Positions 42,611-52,364 of a stretch of DNA of 64,000 bases are shown piece by piece; positions within the stretch are counted from its first letter, which is position 1; every line of letters starts with the position of its first letter. The notes beneath the pieces are model-generated. The model made no database searches and was not told the origin of the DNA. It was given only the letters and a program-made list of their open reading frames with translations. The translations under genes were made by a program, and so were the position numbers. Origin of the DNA: an uncultured Planctomycetaceae bacterium (GTDB lineage Bacteria; Planctomycetota; Planctomycetia; Isosphaerales; Isosphaeraceae); NCBI GenBank assembly GCA_963833985.1, contig CAWIAD010000002.1, positions 4,960,001 to 5,024,000 of the forward strand, given 5' to 3'.

Positions 42611-43447
42611 TCAGTTCATGCTTTGCGACAGGAGCACGTCGCGCAGCTTCTGAATGACCCGAGATTTTTCGTTGCTGATGGTCTTGGGAGCCACGCCCCA
42701 GTGATGTGCGATCTCGGCGGGGGTCTTGCCCATGAGGGTGTCGGTGATCAGGCTTGCCTCGCGGGGGCTGAGCGAGTGGGCGATGGCCTCGCGGAGGGCG
42801 TCGCTGCGGGCGCTCGTCTCCGCGCTGCCGTTCGAGGCGGGAACATCCACGGCGTCGAGCGACAGGTAGGCGCGCTCGCGTTGCGCGCGCTTCTTCACCA
42901 TGTCGACCGCGCGGAAGAAGTCGAGTCCCTCGTTGGTCTCGCGGCTGAACACGTCGCGGATGCCGTGCTGTCCGACGTCGCTGATCATGGCGTCGAAGCG
43001 AGCGCGGCCAACTTGCTGGAGCATCGTCGTGTAAACGGCCTGCGAGCAGTCCTCATGCATCTGCACGGGGATTCCGGCCCGGTACCAGGCGCGGTTCAGG
43101 TACTTGTCGAGCTGGGCCAGCCCCGATTGCAGCGCGGCCGGGTCACTGGCGGTCCCGGTCCCGGTCCCGGCGGGGCTGGAGAGAACTGTGGGAGCTGACC
43201 CGGGGAACAGGTCACCGAGGTGCGTCTGGAACAGAGCCGCGTCCCAGGTGTCGCTCGAGATGGCCGGGAGGACCGGGACCTGTGAGGAAGTGCCACTGAG
43301 CGGCTCGTTCAGAAGGTTGTGCTGGGCCGCGAGTGCAGGCAAGGCCGAGGTGGCGGCTCCGCCGGAAAGCAGCCGAAGCGCTTCCATGGCCTCCACCACG
43401 GGGCGGTACGATCGTCGCGCCCGCCTTTTTTCCTCGCCACCAGCCAA
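42611..43447 (-). CDS. Sigma70/ECF-like protein with a C-terminal HTH and a planctomycete-type N-terminal motif
   Basis: C-terminal LSPREASLI..GKTPAEIAHHWGVAPKTISN, region-2-like HEDCSQ and N-terminal RRSYRPVVEAMEALRLLS. Confidence 0.7.
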   Translation of the reverse strand: MAGGEEKRRARRSYRPVVEAMEALRLLSGGAATSALPALAAQHNLLNEPLSGTSSQVPVLPAISSDTWDAALFQTHLGDLFPGSAPTVLSSPAGTGTGTASDPAALQSGLAQLDKYLNRAWYRAGIPVQMHEDCSQAVYTTMLQQVGRARFDAMISDVGQHGIRDVFSRETNEGLDFFRAVDMVKKRAQRERAYLSLDAVDVPASNGSAETSARSDALREAIAHSLSPREASLITDTLMGKTPAEIAHHWGVAPKTISNEKSRVIQKLRDVLLSQSMN

Positions 43448-43904
43448 AACTTTACCCCCCAGGTACGTTCGCTACCAACCAGGTTGCCGATGCGTTGGGT
43501 GCGTGTCACCCGCAGTCTTGCGCTGATCAACGATCAGTGGCTGCACTCACCCAACAGATCGCAGGCCGACCGGAAGTGTGACCCGGCCTCCGTTTCCCAT
43601 GAACCCGACCTTCGCAAACCCGTTTGTCTCGATCATAGGACATGGCCGTCAAGACCAAGAAGGCCGGTCAACTTAATCGAATCTGATCCTTGGTTCGAGA
43701 GCAAATCACCACGACACTCCTATAGTACAATGCATGCACTCCGACGTCCAGTCCACGGGCCGGCTGGCACGCTTTCGGCCAGCGGAACTGCTCCACCGGT
43801 TCGCTCCAGCAGGCCGTCAATGGGAAATCGCTTTTTCTCCGCCAAGCCTGCAATTATTCCGCCGAGTTTCGAAACCTGCGCTCCTTCCGAGCATTCACGA
43901 GCGC

Positions 43905-45602
43905 TCATCGTGCCACGGAGTTGTCGCGGACCGACACGCCCTCGCAGTGCGTGCTCCGGACCGGCTCGGGTGGGTCCGAGGCGGGGTTCGGGCTGGATGC
44001 GGACCAAGTCAGAGCGCGCACCGGCGCTGGCGTGATCGCATTGCCGGCGACGAGCCCGCCTCGGGTGGAGGTGATCTCGATGGCCGGCCAGGGACCAGCG
44101 CTGAGCGTATTGCCAAGGATGCTGATATCACGGTGAGCACCCGCTGGGGCAAGCTCGCCGGGCCCGCCGCGGGCGACAACGCGGATCGCCGTCTCGCGGC
44201 AGTCGCGGATCGTGTTGCCGCGAATCGTCACGTGGCACGAGCTGCCCGATTCCAGCCACCAGTACTCCGGCGCCACCAGCACCGCGGCCATCCAGTTTGC
44301 GGTGAGTGTGTTGCCCACGACCGCGCCGTCGCTCGCCTTGATGAGGATGCCCCGCGAGCGGTTGAACCCGAAGTCGCAGCCCTTGACCACGAAGCCGTTG
44401 CCCATGCGCCGCGTCGAGGACAGAAGCGAGCCGCGAGGCAGATCGACGTCGCGATCGAGCGTCAGCATGAAGGCGTTTGGCGTCCAGCGCGTCCGCAGAC
44501 CCTGGTCCATCTTCTGCCGGCTCAGAAAGGCCCGCTCGTCCGCGGTGATCTTGCCTGCGGGCTCAACCCGTTGCACGCACGCGTCGGGCAGCCTCCGGCC
44601 TTCGTAGGACAGGAGCTCGACTCCCTCGCCAGCCTGCGGCACCTTGCCGTTGGCCAGGACTCGCAGAACGTTGCGCCGGGCCTCGGTGATCATGTGGTAG
44701 TTGCCGTGGATATTCACGGCGTCATCACCCATGAACCGGGCCGTGCAGCCAATGTACGCCGGCCCCCTGGCCGCGCCCTTGCTATGAAACGCGTCGGCGT
44801 TCAGCGAGCGGATGCGCGGCTCGGCTCGGTGAGCAATGTCGGTCGCGGCCGCCCGCCGGTCGATCCGGCAGCGGACATAGACTGAGCCGTCGCAGTCTTC
44901 TTCCAGGAAGCCAAAGCAATTGGAGGCATACAGGTCGATATCCTCCAGCCGTAGCCCCGAGCAGTGCTCGGCGAAGACCGCGTGGGGAATGCTTCCCGCC
45001 GGTGCGTCCTCCGCGCCGATGACGATGAGATCGCCCACTTGCTCCGGATCGGATGCGCTGGCGTGACTCTTCCGCACGCGGATATGCCTCGCATCGAGCT
45101 TCTGCACCATGTAGTCGTAGTCAGCACAGCGCAGGGTGCGGGTATCGGGCCGGAAGATCTCATACTTGAAGGCAACGACTGCTTTTGAGCCCGGATAGCC
45201 ATCGAGTAATTCGATGTCATGACTCGTCCTGTCGGCCGAGACCGCCGTGATGCGCCCCTGCGAAAAGGGCAGCGGATCATGGTCGATCTTCAGCCCGCGG
45301 ATGCTCACGTTCCGGCAGCCGGAGAGGGTGACCGCACGTGTGGTCTGCGTGCAGATCATCTCGACGCCATCCGCGATGATCTCCGTGTCGTGCAGCTCAC
45401 TGAGCACCAGGTGCTGCCGGTGACTGGGCAGCACCCGGTATGTCCCGGGCGGAACGACGATCCGCCGGTCGCCCGATTGCACAGCCCTGTCGATGTAGCC
45501 TTGCAGGTCGAAGGGCTTGGGCTCGCCGGCCCGGTTCTCCCCGGCCGCCAGGCAGCAGCCCATGGCCGCCGTGAAAAGCACGACCCGTCGATGTTTCATC
45601 AT
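43905..45602 (-). CDS. Secreted right-handed beta-helix protein (GH110 alpha-galactosidase-like)
   Basis: Signal peptide, PFSQGRI, NADAFH, MGDDAVNIHG and NRSRGILIK; parallel beta-helix repeats. Confidence 0.75.
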   Translation of the reverse strand: MMKHRRVVLFTAAMGCCLAAGENRAGEPKPFDLQGYIDRAVQSGDRRIVVPPGTYRVLPSHRQHLVLSELHDTEIIADGVEMICTQTTRAVTLSGCRNVSIRGLKIDHDPLPFSQGRITAVSADRTSHDIELLDGYPGSKAVVAFKYEIFRPDTRTLRCADYDYMVQKLDARHIRVRKSHASASDPEQVGDLIVIGAEDAPAGSIPHAVFAEHCSGLRLEDIDLYASNCFGFLEEDCDGSVYVRCRIDRRAAATDIAHRAEPRIRSLNADAFHSKGAARGPAYIGCTARFMGDDAVNIHGNYHMITEARRNVLRVLANGKVPQAGEGVELLSYEGRRLPDACVQRVEPAGKITADERAFLSRQKMDQGLRTRWTPNAFMLTLDRDVDLPRGSLLSSTRRMGNGFVVKGCDFGFNRSRGILIKASDGAVVGNTLTANWMAAVLVAPEYWWLESGSSCHVTIRGNTIRDCRETAIRVVARGGPGELAPAGAHRDISILGNTLSAGPWPAIEITSTRGGLVAGNAITPAPVRALTWSASSPNPASDPPEPVRSTHCEGVSVRDNSVAR

Positions 45603-46013
45603 CGTTCTTGCCCCGGACGATGCCTGGCCGCCTGCGCCGCGACCTGGTCCCACCTCGTACTCCAAGATTATCAAGCATCAGGAAGCGATTCACAAGCGAC
45701 TGCCTTCGCGCCATGAACCTCACGCACGAGCTCCCTGCCGGCACCGGAGAGAGGCTGCGACCGCAATGGTGCTTGCCGGCAACCCGGCGCGGCCTGGTGC
45801 GCCGCGGGTCCCAGCCAACATCCGCCCTGGGCTGTGCCAGCGCAGCCGAGCTCGCATTCCCGGATCTGTCACCGCTTCGGGAGAGCGATCCACCGGGGCG
45901 ACCCGACCGGCGGTTTGCATCCGACGGCCGGGCCGCTCATCATACTTGAGCAAACCGGAACGGCCGGGTCGCCGGAACGGAAGGGGCAATCCGCATGGAT
46001 CGGAGGTGGCGCA

Positions 46014-47915
46014 GTGCGTGTGCGTGCAAGGTTCGCGTGGACCGCTGGGGCTTTGCTGGTGCTCGGCTCAAGTTTTCACTCGCACGCCAGGGCTCAACCG
46101 CAGGTCAGCCGGCGGCCTGCCGAGTATGGAGTGGTCGTGGAGCGTGAGGTGATGGTCTCCGTTCGCGATGGCACCCGCTTGGCCCTGGACCTGTATCGCC
46201 CGGCACGGCAGGGTCAGCCCATCCCGGGCCGTTTCCCCACACTGCTCACGCGCACGCCTTACGACAGGCGCGGGGCGGCCGCCGAGGGGAACTACTACGC
46301 GGAGCGCGGCTATGTCGTGGCCGCCAACGACACGCGCGGCCGTTACGCCAGCGAGGGAACCTGGCACGGTGTCAGCGACGATCCGGCAGACGGCTTTGAC
46401 GTGGTCGAGTGGATCGCCGCCCAGTCCTGGTCGGATGGGAAGATCGGCACGTTCGGCACAAGCTACCCGGGAGGCACCCAGCACGCACTGGCGGAGATGA
46501 ACCCGCCTCATTTGAAGACGATGATCCCCATCGACGCGCTCTCCAATTGCGGTGTCAACGGCATGCGGCACGGTGGGGCGTTCGAGCTCCGGTTCATGAA
46601 CTGGATCTTCCAGACCGGCGCACCCAACAGCAAGGCCGCGCTGGCCAACCCCGCACTGCGGCGCGCTCTGGTGGCCAGCGGCCTGCGCATCCGCGTGCAC
46701 GCCGACAGCCTGCCGGTCCGCCCCGGCACGACACCGTTGCGGGTCGTGCCCGAGTACGAGTCGTGGCTGGTGGAGGCGATGCGCAGCGGTCCGGAGGCGC
46801 CCTTCTGGCACGCGAAGGGGATGTCGGTGGTCGATCACGTGAAGGATTATGCCGATGTCCCCGTCCTGCATGTCACCGGCTGGTATGACTCCTGGACGCG
46901 GCAGGTGACGATGAACTACGAGGCCCTCTCGAAAGCCAAGAAGGCACCGCAGCGCCTGGTGATCGGCCCCTGGACGCACGGCAGCCAGGGCTCGAGCCTC
47001 GCTGGCGAGGTCGAATTCACAGCCGATGCCGCCGTGGATCTGCTGGCATGGCGGCTGCGGTGGTACGACCACTGGCTGCGCGGGGTCGCGAACGGGCTCG
47101 AGGACGATTCTCCCGTGCTGCTCTATGTCATGGGCAGCGGTGACGACCGGCGATCGGCCGCCGGACGGCTGAAGCACGGCGGGCTCTGGCGGGCCGAACT
47201 CCAGTGGCCGCTGGCCCGCGCCCGGTCCACCACGTATTTCCTGCATGGCGACGGGACGCTCGCGCCCGAGCCATCCGATCGACCGCCGGTGCAGACCACC
47301 TTCACGTTCGACCCGATGCATCCGGTGCCGACGATCGGCGGTAACATCTCATCAAACCAGGGACTGATGACGGCCGGCGGCTTCGACCAGAGACCACGCG
47401 ACGAGACCCACGCCGCCGGCAATCGCCTGCCGCTCTCGGAGCGGCGTGACGTCCTGGTGTTTCGAACCGCACCCCTGGCGAACGACATGGAGGTGACAGG
47501 CACGGTCGAGGTGAAGCTCTTCGTCCGCTCGACGGCTCCGGACACCGACTTCACGGCCAAACTGATCGACGAGGTTCCCCCCAATGCCGACTACCCGCTG
47601 GGTTTCGACCTGAACCTCGGCGATTCGATCCTGCGGACCCGGTATCGGGAAGGTCTCGATCATCAGGCTGCGCCATTGCGGCCCGAGCAGATTGTACCGG
47701 TCACGATCACGCTCTACCCGACATCGAACGTGTTCAAGAAAGGGCACCGCATCCGGCTCGACGTCTCGAGCAGCAACTACCCGCGTTTCGACGTGAATCC
47801 CAATACGGGTGATCCGCTGGGCGACTATCGCCGGGTGGTTCCCGCGGACAACACGGTCTGCCACGACCCCGCGCATCCCTCGCAACTGGTCCTGCCCGTG
47901 ATCCCGGCCGGCTGA
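46014..47915 (+). CDS. CocE/NonD family serine hydrolase
   Basis: RDGTRLALDLYRP, RTPY, DTRGRYASEG, GTSYPG, GWYD, IGPWTH and SSNYPRFD. GGAGG precedes the GTG at 46014. Confidence 0.92.
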   Translation: MRVRARFAWTAGALLVLGSSFHSHARAQPQVSRRPAEYGVVVEREVMVSVRDGTRLALDLYRPARQGQPIPGRFPTLLTRTPYDRRGAAAEGNYYAERGYVVAANDTRGRYASEGTWHGVSDDPADGFDVVEWIAAQSWSDGKIGTFGTSYPGGTQHALAEMNPPHLKTMIPIDALSNCGVNGMRHGGAFELRFMNWIFQTGAPNSKAALANPALRRALVASGLRIRVHADSLPVRPGTTPLRVVPEYESWLVEAMRSGPEAPFWHAKGMSVVDHVKDYADVPVLHVTGWYDSWTRQVTMNYEALSKAKKAPQRLVIGPWTHGSQGSSLAGEVEFTADAAVDLLAWRLRWYDHWLRGVANGLEDDSPVLLYVMGSGDDRRSAAGRLKHGGLWRAELQWPLARARSTTYFLHGDGTLAPEPSDRPPVQTTFTFDPMHPVPTIGGNISSNQGLMTAGGFDQRPRDETHAAGNRLPLSERRDVLVFRTAPLANDMEVTGTVEVKLFVRSTAPDTDFTAKLIDEVPPNADYPLGFDLNLGDSILRTRYREGLDHQAAPLRPEQIVPVTITLYPTSNVFKKGHRIRLDVSSSNYPRFDVNPNTGDPLGDYRRVVPADNTVCHDPAHPSQLVLPVIPAG

Positions 47916-47939
47916 CGCTGGCGGGCTGAAAAAATGGGC

Positions 47940-48734
47940 TCAGGAGTCTTGCCCCAGAAAACGGCCGCCGTCGACACGGAAGCAGGCACCGGTGACGAAG
48001 TTGGTTTCCTCGATCAGGTAGAGGATGAGGCGGTTGACGTCCGCCGGCGTACCGAGCCGGTGCAAGGGCGTCTGGGCGATGACCGCCGCGGTCTCCTCGG
48101 GGGTGAAATCAGCGGGCGGGTCGACCATCGCGGGCTGGATCATGGCCACCGGCACGTGGGGCGCCAGCTCCTTGGCCAGGGCAAGGGTCATCGTGGTAAG
48201 CCCCCCCTTGGCCACCAGGTAAGGAAGATAGTCCTTGTAGGGCCGCTCGGTGGCCCAGTCTCCGATGTTGATGATCTTACCCTTGATGCCGTCTTCGCCG
48301 GGCTGGGCGACCATCTGCCGGGCCGTAGCGACCGCCGCGTGGTAGGGAGCGGCCAGGTTGGCGGCGATGAGCTCGTCGAAGTCACGCGGTTGCAGTGTGG
48401 CGAAGGGCGTGCGACGGTAGACGCTGGCCATGTTCACCAGGACGTCGATCCGGCCGAACCGCTCGACGACCTGGGTGATGGCGCGATCAGCGGCCAGGGC
48501 GTCGGAGAGATCGGCAGCGACGGCCAGACCCTCGGTTCCGGCAGCCTCCATTTCCTGCATGACGCGTTCGATCGCCGCGCGGCTGGTGTGGTAGGTCATG
48601 GCGAGCCGGGCGCCGCGCGGGGCAAGCATGTACGCCAGGGCCGAGCCGACGCGTCGGCCGCCGGTGATGAGAATCACCTTGCCCCGCAGTTTGCCCGCGC
48701 CAGGCATGGACCCTGCCATCGCTTGCAAGCTCAA
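47940..48734 (-). CDS. SDR oxidoreductase (pteridine reductase/FolM-like)
   Basis: ITGGRRVG, LVNMAS, YxxxK (YLVAK) and VDGG. Confidence 0.85.
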   Translation of the reverse strand: MSLQAMAGSMPGAGKLRGKVILITGGRRVGSALAYMLAPRGARLAMTYHTSRAAIERVMQEMEAAGTEGLAVAADLSDALAADRAITQVVERFGRIDVLVNMASVYRRTPFATLQPRDFDELIAANLAAPYHAAVATARQMVAQPGEDGIKGKIINIGDWATERPYKDYLPYLVAKGGLTTMTLALAKELAPHVPVAMIQPAMVDPPADFTPEETAAVIAQTPLHRLGTPADVNRLILYLIEETNFVTGACFRVDGGRFLGQDS

Positions 48735-49279
48735 AGTCCTTTCCAGGGGATGTCCGAGACGCCGGCGCGTGCGTTCTCGGCCCGGGCCATGACGAACAGC
48801 AGGTCGCTGAGCCGGTTGAGGTAGACGATCAGCGCGGTGGGCACGTCGCCTCCAGGCTGGCGGGCCAGCCTTACGACCAGCCGCTCGGCGCGGCGGCAGA
48901 CGGTGCGGGCCAGATGCATTCCGGCCGCGGCGACGCTGCCTCCCGGCAGGATGAAGCAGGTGAGCGGCTTGAGTTCCGCCTCGAGGGCGTCGATGATTCC
49001 TTCCAGCCGTGTGGCATGCTCGAGGCGAATGGAGTTGTGATATCGGCCCGCCGGGTCGGGGTCGGCCAGCGCGGAGCCCACGGCAAAAAGCTCATCCTGG
49101 AGCTGGGCGACAATCTGATCGTTCGACCTCTCCAGGCCGTGCGCGCGGGCGAGCCCCAGCACCGCGTTCAGCTCATCCACCGTGCCGTAGACTTCAATAC
49201 GCAGGTCGTCCTTGGGAACTCTTCGGTTTCCCAGCAGTCCGGTGATCCCGTTGTCCCCGGTCTTCGTGTAGATCTTCAC
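48731..49279 (-). CDS. PduO-type ATP:cob(I)alamin adenosyltransferase
   Basis: KIYTKTGDNG, YGTVDELN, FILPGG, RTVCRRAER and YLNRLSDLLF. Confidence 0.95.
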   Translation of the reverse strand: MKIYTKTGDNGITGLLGNRRVPKDDLRIEVYGTVDELNAVLGLARAHGLERSNDQIVAQLQDELFAVGSALADPDPAGRYHNSIRLEHATRLEGIIDALEAELKPLTCFILPGGSVAAAGMHLARTVCRRAERLVVRLARQPGGDVPTALIVYLNRLSDLLFVMARAENARAGVSDIPWKGL

Positions 49280-49500
49280 CGTCGTGTCGCGCTCCGCGCC
49301 GGACCGTTGTCAGGGTTCGGCGATCCTGGTGTCAAGCATGCCTGCGGCTGACTCGCCCGGCCGGCCTCGGCCATTGGCGGTGTTCCGCTCAAGACCTATA
49401 CTAGGCGGGTCGTTTGCCCCGGGAAAGACTTTCGAACCGGCGCTGGCCATGGCATCCGGCCCGCCCTCGCCCGTAGAGACCCCAGAGCGGAGTGAGCTTG

Positions 49501-50570
49501 ATGTCCCTGCCCGTGTTGTCGACAGCCCTGTTATTGATCACCAGCGCGCTGGGCCAGCAGTCGCCCGGACGCCCGCTCTCCGCCGAGGAGGTCGCGCGCC
49601 TGGAATCAAAGCACCTTCAAAACGTTCGCCAGGTCACTTTCGGCTTCTTCCGCGCCGGCGAAGGGTACTTCCGTCCCGACGGCAAGGGCGTCATCTTCCA
49701 GGCCGTGCCCACTCTGCCCACCACGGTGTTCCTGAAAGCCAGGCCCAACCAGTACGAGTATCAGATCTTCACGGCCGAACTCGCCGCGGACGCCAGGCCC
49801 CGGCTCGTGAGCACCGGCGAGGGTGCGTGCACCTGCGCTACTTCCATCCCGACGGCAAGTCGCTGCTCTTCGGATCGACCCACCTGAACCCCAGCCCTTC
49901 GGCACCGCAGACCGCCTATTCGCGGTCGGGAAGCCGCTACCGCTGGAGCTTTCCCGAGGGCATGGAGATCTTCAAGGCGGACCTTGACGGCAAGAACCTC
50001 GTCCGCTTGACAGACTCCAACGGCTACGATGCCGAGGCAAGCTATAGCCCCGATGGCACTCAGATCATCTTCACCTCGTTCCGCGACGGCGACGCCGACA
50101 TCTACATCATGAACGCCAACGGCAAGAACGTCCGTCGCGTGGTCCAGGCGAAGGGCTACGACGGCGGCCCGTTCTTCTCGCCCGATGGAAAGCGGATCAT
50201 CTACCGCAGCGACCGCAAGGGAAACGACCTGCTCCAGATCTACGTGAACAACACCGCGGGAACCGCCGAGCGGGCGCTCACGAACAACGACTTCGTGAAC
50301 TGGGGGCCGTTCTGGCATCCCGACAGTACACACATTGTTTACTCGACCAGCCGCCACGGCCACTCGAACTACGAGATCTATCTGATGAACGTGGACACGG
50401 GCGCCGAGGAGCGGATCACCTACCACGACGGCTTCGACGGCCTGCCGGTCTTCAGTCCGGACGGCAAGCAGGTCATGTGGACGTCGAACAGCCGGGCCAC
50501 CGATCGCAACAGCCAGCTCTTCATCGCCGACTTCAGCCTGGCACCCGTGGCCGAGACCGCCGCACACTAG
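49501..50570 (+). CDS. TolB-like PD40 beta-propeller protein (frameshift near 49837)
   Basis: Signal peptide, AGEGYF.PDG and repeated GYD.....SPDG..I motifs. Confidence 0.85.
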
Positions 50571-50626
50571 CCCCCAGATTGTCTTTCCCTGTCCCTTCTA
50601 CCGCTTTCACGAGAAAGGAGTTCACG

Positions 50627-51115
50627 ATGGGCCCCAAAGATGCCATCAAGACGAACATTGACATGAGCGATATGATCATCAACGCATATATAGGTGACCT
50701 GGGCGACGCGGACATCATGATCCGCCCGGTTCCCGGCATGAACCACATCGCCTGGCAGCTTGGCCACCTGATCTCATCCGAGCGCCGGATGATGGAGACC
50801 GTGCAACCCGGCTCCTGCCCCGAGCTTCCCGCCGGCTTCGATGAGGCCCACGGCAAGGAAACCGCGGCGCTCGACGACCCGGCGAAATTCCAGTCGCTCG
50901 AGGTCTACAAGAACCTCTGGAAGGCCCAGCGGGCCGCGACGCTTTCCTTGCTCGCGAGCGTTCCCGAGTCTGATCTGGACAGGAGCGATCCCAAGTATCC
51001 CCAGTACGCACCGACCATTGCCGCACTGCTGGGGATGACGGCCATTCACGCGCTGATGCACTGCGGCCAGTTCGTGGCCGTCCGCCGCCAGCTCGGCAAG
51101 CCTGTGACGATTTGA
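50627..51115 (+). CDS. DinB family protein
   Basis: AAGGAG RBS, NHIAWQLGHL and H..MH.GQ. Confidence 0.85.
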   Translation: MGPKDAIKTNIDMSDMIINAYIGDLGDADIMIRPVPGMNHIAWQLGHLISSERRMMETVQPGSCPELPAGFDEAHGKETAALDDPAKFQSLEVYKNLWKAQRAATLSLLASVPESDLDRSDPKYPQYAPTIAALLGMTAIHALMHCGQFVAVRRQLGKPVTI

Positions 51116-51170
51116 ACCCGAATGACGGAAACGCGGCGCGGCATGGCGCCTCGCCTGCCGCGCCCCACCT

Positions 51171-51929
51171 TCACTCCTCGGCGGCCTCACGCGCCTCTTT
51201 TTGTTTCTGGATGTGCAGATTCCCTACCAGGAACGCCACGAACGTGGCCAGAAAGACCTGCCCGAGAAGCGCCTCCACCATCACCAGAACCCGGGCCAGC
51301 GGAGCGACGGGAACGATATCGCCAAAGCCCACGGTGGTGAGTGTCATGAAGCTGAAATAGGTCAGTTCGGGACGGCGCCCCAGGAGATGACTGACGTTCG
51401 GAGGAATCCTCAGGGGCTGATCCCGTTCCAGGTAGGACCCCGGGTGGATCACTTCCATCATGCTGCCGAGATAGGCGAAGGTCTCGCCGATCAGCAGGTA
51501 CACGCAGATCCCTCCCAGAATCGTGTCCAGGGAAACACGTTCGATACCCACGATGCGGTACAGGATGGCGATCGCGGTGAAGCCCAGAAGTGCGGACTGA
51601 AACGCCGCCCCCGCCAGTGACAGGCCGTCGCCGGCTCCCATGGTGATGATCCACAGGTCGATCCCAAGGACCGGCGCGACCAGGCCAAGGTAGATGCGCC
51701 GCAGCAGCCTCGTGTCGCTCGCGGCGCTGGCCGCGGCATAGCTCACCGAGACGATGAGCACTCCGAACAGGAGCGTCCCATAGCCGGCCTGGCGCAGTGG
51801 CATCTCGAGCATGATCGAGCTGGCCAGCAATGCGCACAACCGCCCGTAGTGCCACTTCATCGAGGAAGTGCGCGCCAGGCGCCACGCTCGTAGCGGCAGG
51901 CGAATCCGGCGATCGATCAAGGTCGTCAA
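51171..51929 (-). CDS. Potassium channel family (Ion_trans_2) membrane protein
   Basis: Pore motif YFSFMTLTTVGFGDIVP and several TM helices. Confidence 0.88.
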   Translation of the reverse strand: MTTLIDRRIRLPLRAWRLARTSSMKWHYGRLCALLASSIMLEMPLRQAGYGTLLFGVLIVSVSYAAASAASDTRLLRRIYLGLVAPVLGIDLWIITMGAGDGLSLAGAAFQSALLGFTAIAILYRIVGIERVSLDTILGGICVYLLIGETFAYLGSMMEVIHPGSYLERDQPLRIPPNVSHLLGRRPELTYFSFMTLTTVGFGDIVPVAPLARVLVMVEALLGQVFLATFVAFLVGNLHIQKQKEAREAAEE

Positions 51930-52026
51930 GCTTTTCGTTCCGCTGATGAATAGGAAAAACCGATCACCAGCCTCCGCACACCCATTCTGAACGAATCACA
52001 CATCAATATGCGAAATGAATGAACGT

Positions 52027-52318
52027 TCAATGGTTCTCGGCGGCCAGCAGCCGTTTCAGCAGCCCCGGGTTCACAACACCTCGAAACCGCACCTTGCCGT
52101 TGACCGCGACCACCGGAACCTCGTGTCCATACCGGGCCGCCAGATCCGGATCGGCGTCGACGTCGACCTGTGTGATCTGAAACCCCTGGTCCCGCCGATG
52201 GTCCCTGAGCAGGTCGATCGCCTTGTGGCAACAGCAGCATTCGGCCCGCGTGTAAACGGTGAACATCAGGTGCGCAGCGCCCGCGGGGACGCAGAATCCG
52301 AGCAAGCAGTGATGTCAT
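52027..52318 (-). CDS. Glutaredoxin-like (DUF836-type) protein (frameshift near 52282)
   Basis: YTRAECCCCH..DVDADPDL..RYG..VPVV..NGK.RFRG; GGAG RBS before the ATG at 52318. Confidence 0.8.
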
Positions 52319-52364
52319 GGCAAGCTCCATGCCCCTCCGGCTAATGAGCGGAACCGGGACTGTT

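Noticed and set aside
49280..49500. Cobalamin riboswitch upstream of the adenosyltransferase
   Set aside because: No B12-box or conserved GGGAA/GCCACTG core was visible.
50578..50610. TGTCCCTTCT in the TolB-DinB intergenic region as a fifth tailed end
   Set aside because: The tail is only a few bases long and there is no similarity to the upstream part of the motif.
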